A stretch of DNA of 64,000 nucleotides, from NCBI RefSeq assembly GCF_009914755.1, contig NC_060938.1; one strand, 5' to 3'. Positions within the stretch are counted from its first letter, which is position 1. Each line of letters starts with the position of its first letter. Of this stretch, positions 50,200 to 64,000 are shown in pieces. Source of the DNA: the human T2T-CHM13v2.0 reference genome, Homo sapiens. The translations under genes and the position numbers were made by a program. Under the pieces are notes generated by a model, which searched no databases, was not told where the DNA came from, and was given only the letters and a program-made list of their open reading frames with translations.

Positions 50200-50415
50200 A
50201 CTGTAGGCTTTAAAATCATACCACATGTGTTTAAATACTAGCACCATCACTCATGAGCCAGGTGGTCTTATAAACGTTAACTTTTATGACTCAGTTTCTT
50301 CAAAAAATATGGATGCAATATTGCCTACATATAGGGTTGTTATAAAGATTTAATTAAAAGCTAAATTTAAAATGCTTAACACAGAGACAATTATAATATA
50401 AATGTTATATTTATT
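50200..50415 (+). mobile_element. MIR
   Basis: GACTCAGTTTCTTCA..., CCTACATATAGGGTTGTTATAAAGATT, ATGCTTAACACAG. Confidence 0.7.
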
Positions 50416-50500
50416 ATTCACTATAAACACTTTCCTCCCAAGATAATTCCATTGGAGTATTAGACGTTCTAGTTAGTATAGACATTACTTTACCTGTATA

Positions 50501-51564
50501 CAGTCAAACCTCATTATTCATGGATTCTGTGAATTGGCCCACTCACTAAAAGTTATGTGTAACTTCAAAATCAATACTCACGAATTTTCTCCGTCCTTTG
50601 CAGACATGCTCAAAACCTCAAAAATTTTGAATCAGTAAATGTGCTTATTCGCAACTGAAATTGAACAAGGCAACACTCTGCCTTCTTGTTTTAGTTTTCA
50701 TACTTTAAACAAGTGTCCTTTCTACAGTCTATTTGGTGCTACATTTTGTGCTTTTTGTTGGTGATTTTGCTGTTTAAAATGGTCCCCAAGCATAGTGCTA
50801 AAGTGTTATTTAATGTTCATGTATATCCATGTGTGCCATATGGAGAAAATATATGTTAGATAATTTTCATTCAGGCATGAGTTATAAGCTGTTGACAGTT
50901 ATCTCAATGTTAGTAAATCAACACCATGTATACCCAGAAAAATAAAGCGGAAATTTGCTGATCTGTACATGAGGCTGCTCCACAAAGTGCTAAAATAACA
51001 TCTACAATGCATGAGAAAGACATGGAAAAGATGGAAAACCTGCCAAATTTGTAAATTCATGAGATGACACATATAAAAATGTGTAATGAACAGCATTGTT
51101 GTCATTCTTAAAGCCAAATATATATATATGTATATACAGTCATGTTAATCAGGGTCAAGAAAACGCTAAATCCTTCTTGGCCAATGCTGACTGTCTTACG
51201 TGTTTTGAAAGCAGCATGGTCTGAAAAATGTTAAACTTGAAGGTTTAACAGACAGGGTGGTTTCTACAGATCTGGAGACTTCATAAAATAATTTAGAATG
51301 CCTGATAAATATTATACAGGAGGAAGATTAGGTGGAAGAGCAGGTTTTCAGTTCTGATGATTAAATATTGCCTTGTTTAATAAGGACATAGGCAAATTAA
51401 CCTATATAACACAAATGACATTTTGGTTGAGGAACATGTTGTGACTCAAGGCTTGCATAAACTTAACCCTGCTTTTTCCCAGAAGCAGTCATTCAATATT
51501 TTTAAATTCCGTGTTCATGGTGACTTCATAAAGCATAACTACCATGAGTAATGAGAGCTGACTA
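50501..51564 (+). mobile_element. Tigger-family element (MER82/Tigger17-like) with transposase remnant
   Basis: TA + CAGTCAAACCTCATTATTCATGG with inverted end CCATGAGTAATGAGAGCTGACT. Internal remnants resemble pogo transposase (MEKMEN.., KAK, EQVFSSD). Confidence 0.75.
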
Positions 51565-53599
51565 CATCTTGAGGTGTTACCAGATCTACTGAGAGAAGGA
51601 CGCAGTAATTCACACTGAAAGACAGTAGACCTGTACTATCTCAAAAATCGGCATAACAAGAAGAGTTTTATTTATTATTTTTAAATGAAAGTCTACCTTG
51701 TCACTGCTTTAAAAAAATATTGACAAATTTAAAGTTGATTTTTATATTGGGAGTTCTGGTTTAAGGTAAGTATATTAAGTGCACATATTTGTGCTGTTAG
51801 TTACATAAGGCAGTGTTAGCCAAGAATGGACAATTGGGTCTCAGGTATTGCTTTTGTGCCTGGAGCTAGTAAATGATAAAATGCAGCACTGTGATGTCAA
51901 TGGTAAAGAATTTCAACACTTCATTACATTTAAAATCATACATCAATACATATTTTGCTGAAAAGAAATTGGGAACACATTTTGCTGGGAATATTTTCAT
52001 AACAGTGATGAGATTTTCTACCTTTCCATTGAGAAATGTGTCAGTCACTACTTTGATAAACTAAAGTCATGTAAACCGTATTCAGGGAAAACACTATACT
52101 TGACTATTTTATTTTAAAAATAAGTTTGTATTTGTTGGTGTAATTGTGCTTATGTCAAGTCAAGCACCTAAAATCTTTCCATATTAACTCTTACTAGAAT
52201 TTGCTCTAGTATTCACTAATTTGATACTATGTCTGTATGAAGTGAGCAGTTCAACCAAATGTACATAAAAATAAATTAAGTTTGGATTTACTTTAAATAA
52301 CATGGTTTGTTTCCCAGTATGGCTTTTTCTTATGATTTGTTACATTTAGATTATGTTTTATTTCTTTCAATGTATGATGTGTAGAGTCTTTTCTTTTTTA
52401 GTGAATACATTTGATGTTAACCAATAAGCCATTACACTAGTGATCTCTTTCCTATTCTTTTATTTGTATGTAGATAAATACGCCTTGTCTCACATGAATC
52501 CTTTAACATTTTGGTACCACTATAAACCATAATCAAATTCCCAATCTAAATATAATGTAAGTGAATATTGTTCTATATATCTTTCCATTATGCTGTTGAA
52601 ATAGCCTGCTTTGGGCTTTAGTTTTGAGGATTTGGTGTTGGACATAATTACCCATGTCAACAAGAAGTGCAATATTTGAATAATTTGTTTTGTGATTTAA
52701 GAACAAACTGCCATATGTCAACTGTACTAAAATCTGGGAATTGTGGAGTACAGTTATAAGTGGTCTTGAATTTTTAAAAATAAGGTGATAGCTTGGGGGA
52801 GAATTTTAAAGTAGTGGAAGAAAATATAACCTGTAAGCACTTCTGAACTTTATAGTGAGCAAGACAATTTAGGGAGATCTTAAACAGTAATCAGATTCAT
52901 GAAAACTATGACTGGAGAAAAATATGCAGAGGTAGTATATTTTGATGTGAAAATATTGGAAGGGAGGTCAAAATTATAGTGTTATCAATTTATTCCTGAA
53001 TTTATATAATAAAGTCATATCTTTTCTCTTGCTTCCCTGTTTCTCTTAGTTTCTATTTATCTTGCCCAGCAAATTGTTACAAATTAATCTTTCTGAAATA
53101 TCAATTTTATTAGTTTTATTTGACATTCCTATAGCTCCAAGCTGCCCTAATATGTCCTTATTGTGATTAAATTGTGCATGAAGTAGAAAAAAATGTAATA
53201 CATTGATCTAGGATTTGTAGATATTTTATGTTAGTGTTATAGTATTGCAACCTATAAGTCATATATTACAGTTGTTTCATTAGACATATAGCTTTAGCAA
53301 TTTTATAAAACCATTGCCTTATTTTGTTTGTACTCTACCTAAATATTTTATCTAATAACTTTTCCAAAAAATCAACTAATTTCAAATCAATTTATGTTAT
53401 TAAAACAATGAACAAAATAGAGACTATCAAAAAGGCAAAGTATGTTCTAAGTATTTAGTTTTTAATTTATGTGTACTAGTTTAATTGACAGACCTGTACA
53501 TAAAATATCGCTCAGGTACTACTTTAGGGAAACATTCTGGGTATTATATTAATAACAAAGTATAAATCTGAGTAGAATTTTCAGAACGCAGGTTTATAA

Positions 53600-53978
<379 letters not shown>

Positions 53979-54546
53979 AAACAAATATCTTAATTGTTAC
54001 TGTTATTGTACATAAATCTCAATAAATCAACTGTAATTATACTTTTTGATCACCTAAGTTTGGGGACACTGAGCTGAATTAAGCATAATTCCAAACACTG
54101 TAAATTAATTGTTTCATATTTTCTCCACAATCTTCCTCTGACATTGCCATCTGCTGTCACTAGAGAGTGTGCTTAAAATAAAACAAAATTACCCAGGAAA
54201 AACCTAACAGCCCTGGAGGAGAGAGCTGAACAAACAACACAGGTATATGTAGTTAAGCTATCATGTACAGGAAAATCAATTGAAAAGAATGTTGCATTAC
54301 AAATCCACAATGCAGGAGAACTTAAGTGAACAAAAGTAATGTTTAAGGAGCATATAGGTTTTAGATAAGAACAGAGAAATGAGGATTATCACTGGGGTGC
54401 AGAGCTTGAGATAATCATAAAAATATGGTAACCTTATATTGAGGTCTAGTTGTCCCAAGTTTTCTTGAATCAAATTTTAGGGAGAAAATCTACCCAGTAC
54501 TTAACATTGGTAAATGGTATTTTTAATGCAATATGCAAAATAGTAG

Positions 54547-55198
54547 TATGAAAGGATAATACATCTTGGGACCCCAAAATCACTAAACCAGAGAAAAGTC
54601 AAGCTGGGAACTGCATCAGGCAATCATTCCTCCCATTTTATTAAGGAAATTTCTTGTGAGCCTCAAGACTTTTACTCTAAAAATAATTTTGCTGAATTTC
54701 ACCCTGGCAAAGTAAATTGATAGCTTATCTTCACAGGTGTAGGACAGAAAGTCATCCCTCTGCTCACCTGAGACAAATGCATATCTAATTGCTTTCTCAG
54801 CCCTATAGTTTATGTAAAAATGCAGATTCACTGACCCAGATTAAGGCATCAATGACTATTCCTTTACCCCCCACCCGAAGTCACATGTAAATTGTGTATT
54901 CATTGAAAGGCTAATCAAATAGCCAAAAGAATGCAATCATTTGTCTCTTATATACCCATTCCCTGGAAGCCCCACTTTGAGTTGTCCTGCCTTTCTTGAC
55001 TGAACCAATATACACCTTACACATATTATTTAATGTCTCATGTCTCCCGAAAATGTATAAAGCCAAGCTGTGCCCCATCCACCTTGGGCAGATGTTCTCA
55101 GAATCTCCTGATGGCTATGTCATGGGCCATGGGCCAGTCATATTTGGCTCAGAATAAATCTCTTCGAATATTTTACAGTTTGACTCTTTTCATCAACA
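54547..55198 (+). mobile_element. MER4-family solo LTR
   Basis: TATGAAAGG..TCTTGGGACCCCAAAATCACTAA..AAAAGTCAAGCTGGGAACTGC through GACTCTTTTCATCAACA; perfect 4-bp TSD GTAG. Confidence 0.9.
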
Positions 55199-55655
55199 GT
55201 AGAGACATTTTGTCCAAAATGATACAGTCTAAGGGCACTTAAAAAGTAAGCAGTGTTAAATAGAGCTTAGCCTAAAGCTGTATCATTACATATTTTAAGT
55301 TCAGACTAAAGGTTTCTTTGTACATTGTGAACTAAAAGCTAAATGGAGTTCCAAACACACCGTAGATTAATTTTGTACCAATCACTGAACATTGACCAAT
55401 CAAAGGTGACCAACAATTCAAACCGTATTCAAATAAGTCAAATGCCAAGCTGTAATCAATCTAGCTGTTTCTATACCTCACTTCCATTTTCTGTACACCA
55501 CTTTCCTTTTCTGTCTATAAATATTTTTCTACCACATGGCTGTGCTGGAGTCTCTGAGCCTACTCTGGCTCAGGGGGTTTCCAGATTTATGAATATTGCT
55601 TTGCTCAATTAAACTTTTTAAAATTTAATTCAGCTAAAGTTTTTCTTTTAACAGA

Positions 55656-55673
55656 TGGTGTCAGAATTGGGAT
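55656..55673 (+). promoter_or_regulatory. Primer binding site, tRNA-Leu(CAA)
   Basis: TGGTGTCAGAATTGGGAT, 17/18 match to the expected TGGTGTCAGAAGTGGGAT, 2 nt after the LTR. Confidence 0.8.
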
Positions 55674-58600
55674 CCAAAGTAGAGCTTCTAATGATCCCCA
55701 TGAGCACTGAGTGACCATCCGAGGTACCTGCCAGTCTTACTGTGTCCTTTGGTCTCTTGGAGCAGCTGGGGACTATGGTAAGTTCTCTCTCAGATTCTGA
55801 AGCTGAATTGATTGTGTTTTGAGTTCTCTGAGTTTCTTTGAGCAAAATTCTCATCCAAACTGGGTTTGGAAGTCATAACAGAAACTGGACTGGGTCCAGG
55901 ATCAGATTAGACCTGATAATTAACTGGCTTGGATCCAGTTAGAAGCCTCTTATGTCTCACTGGATTAGAAAGAAACTGGTAGTAAATGGCAATGTTGCAG
56001 GGGGTGTAAAATTTGTCTTTTGGAAATTTGTAGGAATTTTTGTGTTCTATCCACTTTGTTTCATTTTTCTTGCACACTTGGGTAGGGAAAAGTTGATCTT
56101 TGGCTAATTGATCATTGGAAAATATTTGTGGTAAAAATAGGATCCTTAATTTCTAAAGAACTGAGTTCCTTTCAGCTTATACATGCATAGGTATTAGGCC
56201 CTGGAAACAGCAAGGTCTCATAGAGATGACAAAATCTTACTAAAGATTAGTTACAGTGGAACATTCCAAATGAACAGTACTGCACTAAAGAAATGCATTT
56301 GAAAATGAGGGCTCCCAAATTAGTCTCATGTAAGAATGACTACTGATATGCAGAAACTTCTAAAAATATACCAGTATTTTCAAGCAAAGACTTTATAAAA
56401 GGCAAATAAAAAGCTAAAGAGACTAATTGATAAGAAAAATTAAACCTGCTAAACTTTTGGCTTATTACTATCCCACCACAAAGGTGGAAAGAAAGCTATC
56501 CTAAGTGATAATAAAATGTAGTCCCTCAGGTAAAGAAGGCTTGACTTTTTTTCAGATCTATCCATGCTGAGTCCAGGCATAGAAAATGCTTTCTTGGCCC
56601 TAGTCCTTAGTGGACTCCACCCTGAACTCAGTAATTTTAGATAAAAAACAGTAGCTAAGTTTAAAGGAACACCCTGTTAAACTAAAATACACCTTTCTGA
56701 AATTTAATTTGTTATCTTGAAACACTTTTGTAAAAGAAATTTACATCTATAAAGGAAATCTCCATTTTTAAGGATGTCTGCCTATGTATATTAGAAACTT
56801 GTAAAATTCTTTTAGATTTACATAATAAGTCATACCTTTGTTTAAGGCGCTTATCTGGCCATCTTAAGTGACATTTTGTTTGAGTCATTTTTTCCTTTGG
56901 TTTGTGCAAATGATAATAAAATATTTAGGCCTAAAATCTTAGCTCTATGCTTATGAAATTACATATATATGTATTTGTTTCACCTAAGAGTTGTCCCTTT
57001 AGAAATGCAAATTGTTGCCTAGTTAACAATACCTTAAGGCAAAGAAACAGGTAATTAGAAGACTGATAGACCAAATGGGGTGTAAGAGTGGGAATTATTT
57101 AAAAGCCACCAAATGAAAATCCTTTATGAAAGCTTCTGCGTGTTTGTATGTCTATATGAGTTATGTGTGTGTGTCTATATGTGTTATGCTATATGTTGTG
57201 TTTCTATATGTTGTGTGTCTATACGTGATAATATTTAGTAAATAAAGCTAGTTTTTAAAATGTTGGTAAAATAAAAATGGCTTCAAAATTATCAGTTAAA
57301 TACAGATACTTGCTTCATTTGACTGTGAGCTTATGTCTTTGGTTTAGAGTCTCCGGATTCCGGGATCTAAATGGGTAGTCATGATGAGGTATGAAGACAT
57401 TTTCTATACCATTTTCTACGCCTATACCAGCCAGAATCAAGTCCAACATGGCTGCTTCCTCCTCTGCTTTTCCTGTTTGCCTCCTGGCTATTTTGGGATG
57501 GGTTGGATTCTCCAGATATAGTCTTCATGGCTCTGTTCTCTGTCCTTATGGATTCAGAAAGGCCTTGAATTTCATAATCCTCTTGGGTCCCCTGTGGCTA
57601 CCTAAGACCTAGAATGCCTAGGGGAAGACATTAGAAAGGCTACCTGTGTCAATTTCAAAATTATTTTCAGTAATTTAAAATTTTAGAGTCATGTTATGTA
57701 AAATTAAGTAATAGATAATTATAAAATGTCTGAGTCATCTGTAAGTTGATATTGAAATGTAGATATTAAACATGAGTTTAAGTCTATATACCTTCACATG
57801 TTATTTTTACATGATATAGAAAAGCTAAATAGATCTGTCAATAAACAATAATTTGAAGAACTATTTTTCTTAAAAAATATAAAATGGTTTTTATCTACAA
57901 ATACTGATATAAAACAGTTCAAAATTACTTTCTAGGTTTTTCACTAAAAAATAGAGATAATAAAAGTTAAAAACTACTAGATATGAGACAATTCTGTATA
58001 CAGAGTGTATAAACAAAACCAAGATATGTGTTCAATGGGGAAAGTTATAAAGGCATAAAAATGTGTGTTTAAAATGTTGTCTGGTTTAAAGTTACTTAAA
58101 AGTTTCAAGTTGAAAGAGTAATAAAATAGATACAACACAATAAACAAAGAAAGTTGGGGAAAAATGTAAAACAAAAGGTTTATGGAAATCTTGTGTGGTT
58201 AAAAGATGACAGATTTGGTACATTTATTTATAAGGTTTTATTAAAATTAATTTTAGTTTTGATAATACACTAATACAAAAAGAAAACTTGGTTTTCTCTT
58301 TTGAACAAAATTTTTTTGTAGTTTTAATAACACATGGTAAAGTATTTTCATTCACCTTTTGAGTAAACTGCCAAAAGAGTGAAAAAGACAGAGGAAAGAA
58401 GAGACAGATTCTGTCTCATGCTGTCTTAGGTCTTTTGTTTGGAAAACTGGGTCTTTTTTATCAGAGTACAGGTTTTGGCCTTTAAAAATCTTTTAAAATT
58501 ATCACTTTGGTTAAATGAACAACTATTGTTTTATGGTGACCAGTGATCCTATTTTGTTCAAGTGTTTTAAACCTTTAATGTATTTGATAGGCTTCCCAAA

Positions 58601-59379
58601 ATCATATTTCAGCATCAAAATTAAGTCTTCTTTGGCCTCTAACTTTGAGATGCTAAAGAGGGCCACTGAAGCCCTCTGTAGGGAGGTAAGCAGGATTATT
58701 TGACATGTTAAGTTACATGGGAAGCATTGTCAAGGAATAATGTTTAACCTTCTTCAGGTTATATTTAATGAATGTCATTAATATATGTTCCAAAATTGTA
58801 TGGGATTTCTAAAATTCTAATATGTCTGAGTATGCACTATAAATCACACTTATGGTTATAATGTTGTTATTGTAGACCACAGAAATAAAGAAATTTTTTT
58901 ATCAACTGTGTCTTTAAAATGCTTGTTTAAAGTCATTTCCACAGTTAATTGCTTAATTTTGATGCAATTTCTGAAAACTTCACAAGCATACAAAATTTTA
59001 GAATATAGAGTCTTTAAGGAGTTCATGAAAGAATGAAAACAACCCTGAAAAACACTCTTGAATGCAGGTTTCTAATAACTTTAGAATCATATCATTTGGA
59101 TTGGGTTAAGAATTCCTAGTACTTTAATGACGAGACTGACTGGTTTATAAAACTGCTAACTCAAGTAGAATCAAATTAATTGAATACCGAGAAAATGCTT
59201 TGGCAAATTTTCATGCTGAATCAGCCAGTATTGAAATTGTGTAGATATACAATCTGAATGAACTCCATGGTCTAAGTCAGATTACTTATGATAACCCATC
59301 AGTTATCAGTGTTACACCCCTAAACCGGAAAAACAACTGGTATTCAAGAGGACTAAGTACAATGTTAAGCATGGACTCA

Positions 59380-59990
59380 TGGAGGACCAGGATGGCTGCC
59401 TTGTCCTTCCTGAGTCCTTAAAGCTTTTGTTATTAAAAGTTCTGCATTTCATGACTCATCATGGAATAAGTAAAATGATCCAAATTAAATATATATATAT
59501 AAATATATATATATAGTGACTTATAAATGGCTAAAATAGTTTACATAGTTTATGACCAACGTTTGGTTTGTCAAACTCATATTCCTGGGAAGACAATCAA
59601 AATTTCATGTGCATTCTGCTACCTGATGGGCCATTTAAACAATTATAGAGGGGTTTCATTCCATTGTCATTTTTAATGCATGTCTTCCGGTTGTATTAGA
59701 GCTTTCTCATGCAAGAAGACTGATGTTATAATAGCAGCTCACTATTCCACAGTGTATTTTCACCAGGTAAAGAGAGCTTTTCATGGTTTACTGTCTGAGG
59801 ACAATTGTCCCCTTCACAATCTAGAACGCAAAGACTGAATCTTTGGAGAACATCAGAGAATCACTGCCCTTGCTATTCACACTGCAGCAAAACTTCGGGA
59901 ACTTGAACCTTGGATTCATAATCTCACAACTGAGAAGGGTCCCTCCACACTCTTGGAACTGTACACCCACTGGAAAACCTTAAGGTAAAG
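59380..59990 (+). pseudogene. Retroviral integrase remnant
   Basis: LHFMTHHG (~59442), RLVCQTHIPGK (HHCC zinc finger), GPFKQL*RGFI, and EPWIH near 59905; heavily deleted. Confidence 0.65.
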
Positions 59991-60364
59991 CTAGCCAGGG
60001 AAGTTTCTCCCCAAAAGAAGGTGGCATCCTTGAAGTGAATAGCTTTTTCCCAAGATCAAGAAATCAAGACTTCTCTACTATCATGAGACTCTTTATCTTT
60101 CTTTTTTTTCCCCTTTTTTATTCATCTATGAACAATAGAAGTGGAAAGGGTGCTGTTGGGTGCACTCATGGCATATATATATATATTTTTTGTGAAGGAG
60201 TTTGCAGCCAGCATTATGCATGGATAACTTTATACCTTGACAGATGGAAGATGAAGGCCCAATGTAGGTGAAAAGCTTTAATAGTACATATGTTGCCTGA
60301 TAATTAGTGAGAAACAGAACATTGTTCCACTTGTCTTAACCTATATCATGGGTTAAGGAGAACA

Positions 60365-60945
60365 TTGTCAGGAGGTCTTCACTATTCTAGAAGGGCATCA
60401 TTTGTTAGGTTTTCTTTTTTTTTTCCCCCATGGTTAGGAGTAAATGAGGCAATGATTGAAAATTTACCACTGATGATAGGCTTTAAAGCAGATTTTACTC
60501 TAAAGGTTATGGTTACACAACAGACTTTAAATTATCTTGTGAAAGTTATGCTAAATAATAGAATTGCTCTATTGTTCTAGATTACTTACTGGCTAAACAG
60601 AAGTATCTGTGCAGCTGGTGGCACTTGTTGCCCATGGAGAACTACATCATAGTGCATATTATAGAGATTCAGTTGTACGGGATTATTGAAGAGACTGTTT
60701 AATTAAAGTGAGTAGATTCTTTAGCTTATTCTTTGATCTATTTGATTTTAGTTGGTTTGGTTTATGGGGACCCACCATAAGGAGCATACCCCAAGCTCTT
60801 GGTATTATCCTCCTGATAGTCATAATAATAATCTTCTTGGCGCACTATATTCCCTCAAAAGTATTAAATGTTTGCATACAGACATCTCTAGAAGGTCAAA
60901 TGGTCTCTCTTTAATGGGAATGACAAGAGCTGAAAAAGATGTGTG
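60365..60945 (+). pseudogene. env TM remnant (immunosuppressive domain, cysteine loop, transmembrane helix)
   Basis: VMLNNRIAL[8-bp duplication]DYLLAKQ, SICAAGGTCC and LGIILLIVIIIIFL, in shifted frames. Confidence 0.8.
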
Positions 60946-63900
60946 ATCATGAGGGCACTGTAACCTATGAATGACATGCTGAGATGAGAAATCCAAAATG
61001 ATGGTAACTGAGAGTGGTGCTAAGGCCCTAAGTTTGAATCACACTCTCACATAAGTGAGAACCTAACCAAAAGGGGAAAATTTTTAAACAAAATAGTGGG
61101 AGCCCATTGTTTTGGACTAAGCACATGCACTAGACCCCAACAGACCAGACCAAACCAAAATGGAGTCATTCATGCTAAATGTGACAAAATCAAACTGAAA
61201 CTTTAAGGAAACATGTAGATCCTAGAACAAACTAGGTTTTGTTTTCTCCTGTGAACAGTCCATTCCAGCATAATCAGCTACCCTTTACTGTAACCCTTAC
61301 AAAAAAATAACCTGAAGTCCTTGTTCCCCTTACCAAACCCACTGATCTGTTTGCTATTTCTCAGTGGGTTTCAAGATTGAATAAGTGCATTTACAATGGC
61401 GAGAGTGACATTACTGATTAAAATTTTGGTCAATCTCTCATAGTTGAAAAAATTGACCAAAGGGGGGGAATTATTAAATCAAGTATAGCCTAAAGCTGCC
61501 TCCTTACATATTTTAAGTTCAGCCTAAATGTTTCTCTTTGCATCGTGAACTATAACCTAAATGGAGTTATAAGCACACTGCAGCCTACTCTTGTGCTAAT
61601 CACTGAGTTTTGTCCAATCAAAGGTGGCCAACTGTTCAAACTGTGTTAAAATAAGGCAGACATCAAGCTGTAACCAATCCAGCTGTTTCTGTTCCTCATT
61701 TCCATTTTCTGTATGTCACTTTCCTTGTTCTGTCCATATATCTTCCACCATGTGGCTGTGCTGAAGTCTCTAAGTCTAATCTGGCTTGTGAGGCTGCCCG
61801 ATTCACAAAATTTTCTTTGCTCCACTTAACCCTTTTAAATTTAATTTAGCTAGTGTTTTCCTTTAATAGGAGAAAAACATGATGACATGAAAATATATCC
61901 CTAAAAGTGTTGGAACCTACATAAATATATCAGGAGAACCTTACAGATTCATGAACTAGTGACAAGGGAATAATTCCTATAAAATAATAGAACTCTGATT
62001 TTCAATGTGTATACTTGTAAAACAATTTTAACTATCCCTTAGATATGATACATCTACTTCCTTCCTTAAATTCCTAAGGTCTACATGTTAAGTATAACAC
62101 TAAATTTGAACATATATTTGCATAACAGATTAAAAGATTTCATGTAATATTGTCATGCCTTTTTTAATACTTAAATGATGAAGTTCAATGTTCAGCATGT
62201 TAAACTTTCTAATTCTGGTAAAACTAAATTAATATTCCTCTTCCTATACTTTATCATTTAGGGTTAGAAACAATTTCATGGGCAATTTCACCATACCTTA
62301 CTGCACCCTAAATAACCCCATACCTTCAGATGAAACTAATAAGGAGCCAGTGAAGCTTCAATGCAGATTACGATATAACTTATTGTCTACTTAGAATTTC
62401 ATCTTGCAATTTTTTCATCAGAAGAAACTAAAAAAAAGCTATTCTGGACAAAGCAATTTCACTTTTGCTAAATATTCCAGAAATATGAGACTTAGAGCTT
62501 TATGGTAATTTATAGAATTTGAAAAGAATATTTAAAACAGCTTTTAAATTGATAGTGACTTTTAAGGAAAATTTAGTTTTCAATTTGCATTTTGATTGCA
62601 GGTTTTATAGGAAAAGAAAACACATAACTCCAACGACTCTAAACTTCTGGGAGGTCAGTCCCCAGGCATGGTTCAATTACCAGAGCCATCTCCATATGGA
62701 GAAAAGGAGCAGCTCAGTTAGTGTTTAATTCTTGTTAATTCTTGCCCTTCCTTTGAGAGTGTCATGGCTACAACTTCGACAAGAAGTTCTACAAACTTCT
62801 TCATTGATGAGAGTAACCTCATCAATTAAAAAAAAAACAGACAAAAATGTCTATTTCCAGCTATTAAAAAAATGGTAAAGTGTAGCATGGAAAGAAAATG
62901 AGGAAACAAAACAAAATAAAACAAAATTTAATATATTTTTTGAAAAGCTTTAGACTTCTGAAAAAAATTATACTTCTTTTTAATAAACATTGGGTTCTTT
63001 ATTATGAAGTCTTATATATCACAGATTTTTATAGTGCATGACTGCTCTGAAAATAAGAAAGGCACTTTTATGCTTTCTGCTATATTCCATCTTTTTTCTT
63101 CTTCAAAGGTGAAAATATAGTAAGGTTTATATTATTTTTCCTATCATAAAACCTGAACCAGAAGAAATCTAATGGAATGTGAAGTTTTATAACAGGGGTA
63201 AGATTTTTAGATTGTCTTTCATCGAATGAAAAAATTCGCTATCTAACAGTATAATCCCATTGGTTTCCTAGCCTAGTATTTAAATATTATGCTATTCATG
63301 GGTAGTTATTACTTCTTAGAGAATGTATATCATAATTATGATTTTGCCTGAATTTTATAACTAGAATAAAGATTTTTTTTGCTTTTTGTCTGTTTTATCT
63401 TTTACTTTTACCTCTTCATTATTTTACAGTTATGCAATTATTTAGAAAGTCTAACAATACAAAGAAATGAAATCAAAATGGCATGCATAATTATTATTTG
63501 ATAAATGTTGACACATATCTACATTATTACTATAAATATCAATATGCATTACAGTAATATAAGTAGTAGCCATTATATGTAAACATTTTATTTAAATGCT
63601 GAATCTTCCTGTTAAAAATACCAAGTAATGATCTTCAAGAGTATGGTTTTTAAAAACTTTTGTCAACATATGCTTTCTACTAAAATCAGTAGTAATGAAT
63701 TATTAAATGTATAGAAAGATAATTTTGTGCTTTTAATTTTATTTGGTTCAAAATTTATCTAATATAAAATTATTTCTGCCCTCCTTATTATTCAAGCATT
63801 TGAATAGAAAGAAATAGATACATTGATTGTGACCCCTCAATATTGAGTTGGTTCTCTTCCTTATTATGTTGATAACTACTAAAAAATTCTCAGGGTTTTT

Positions 63901-64000
63901 AGATACCAAATATAATAAAAAGTAGAATGAAACACCTACTGCTTTTTTTTTTCCCCAAACTACTGTCATGATCATTAAAACTGTGTTTACACAATTGCAC

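Larger units (their letters stand above)
55254..61868 (+). mobile_element. MER57-type ERV1 provirus with both LTRs, non-autonomous
   Basis: 5' LTR 55254-55653 and 3' LTR 61472-61868 share AGCCTAAAGCTG..TTACATATTTTAAGTTCAG. PBS, PPT (61459-61470) and flanks GCAG/GGAG present. Confidence 0.92.

Noticed and set aside
55656-55673. tRNA-like sequence
   Set aside because: Only the 18-nt retroviral PBS, not a tRNA gene.
60365-60945. Possible co-opted env (syncytin-like)
   Set aside because: SU is essentially absent, and the TM region is broken by frameshifts and stops.

Overview
AT-rich, gene-poor primate (hominoid, probably human) intergenic DNA made almost entirely of transposable-element relics. 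I see no intact cellular protein-coding gene, RNA gene or CRISPR array. Main contents: (1) a full-length L1PA3-type LINE-1 (4986-11030) with intact ORF1 and dead ORF2, plus two younger 3'-end L1PA fragments; (2) a 5'-truncated beta-tubulin retrocopy whose residues are intermediate between TUBB4B and oocyte-specific TUBB8; (3) an HNRNPU (SAF-A) 3' retrocopy with a 17-bp TSD and a micro 5' inversion, nested in an older L1; (4) a one-LTR ERV-L fragment flanked by an unusual ~105-bp direct repeat; (5) a two-LTR MER57-type ERV1 provirus with tRNA-Leu PBS and integrase/env remnants; (6) solo LTRs, Alus, Tigger/MER20 DNA transposons and MIR/L2/MLT1 fossils. I found no convincing new biological system. 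The best leads are evolutionary or mechanistic: non-consensus variants shared between neighbouring L1 copies (candidate local gene conversion), the proto-TUBB8 fossil, the ERV-L long flanking duplication, the HNRNPU twin-priming scar and open RGG-tail ORF, and a duplicated PPT/LTR start in the MER57 provirus. Repeat subfamily names and consensus comparisons come from memory of consensus sequences and need Dfam/RepeatMasker confirmation.
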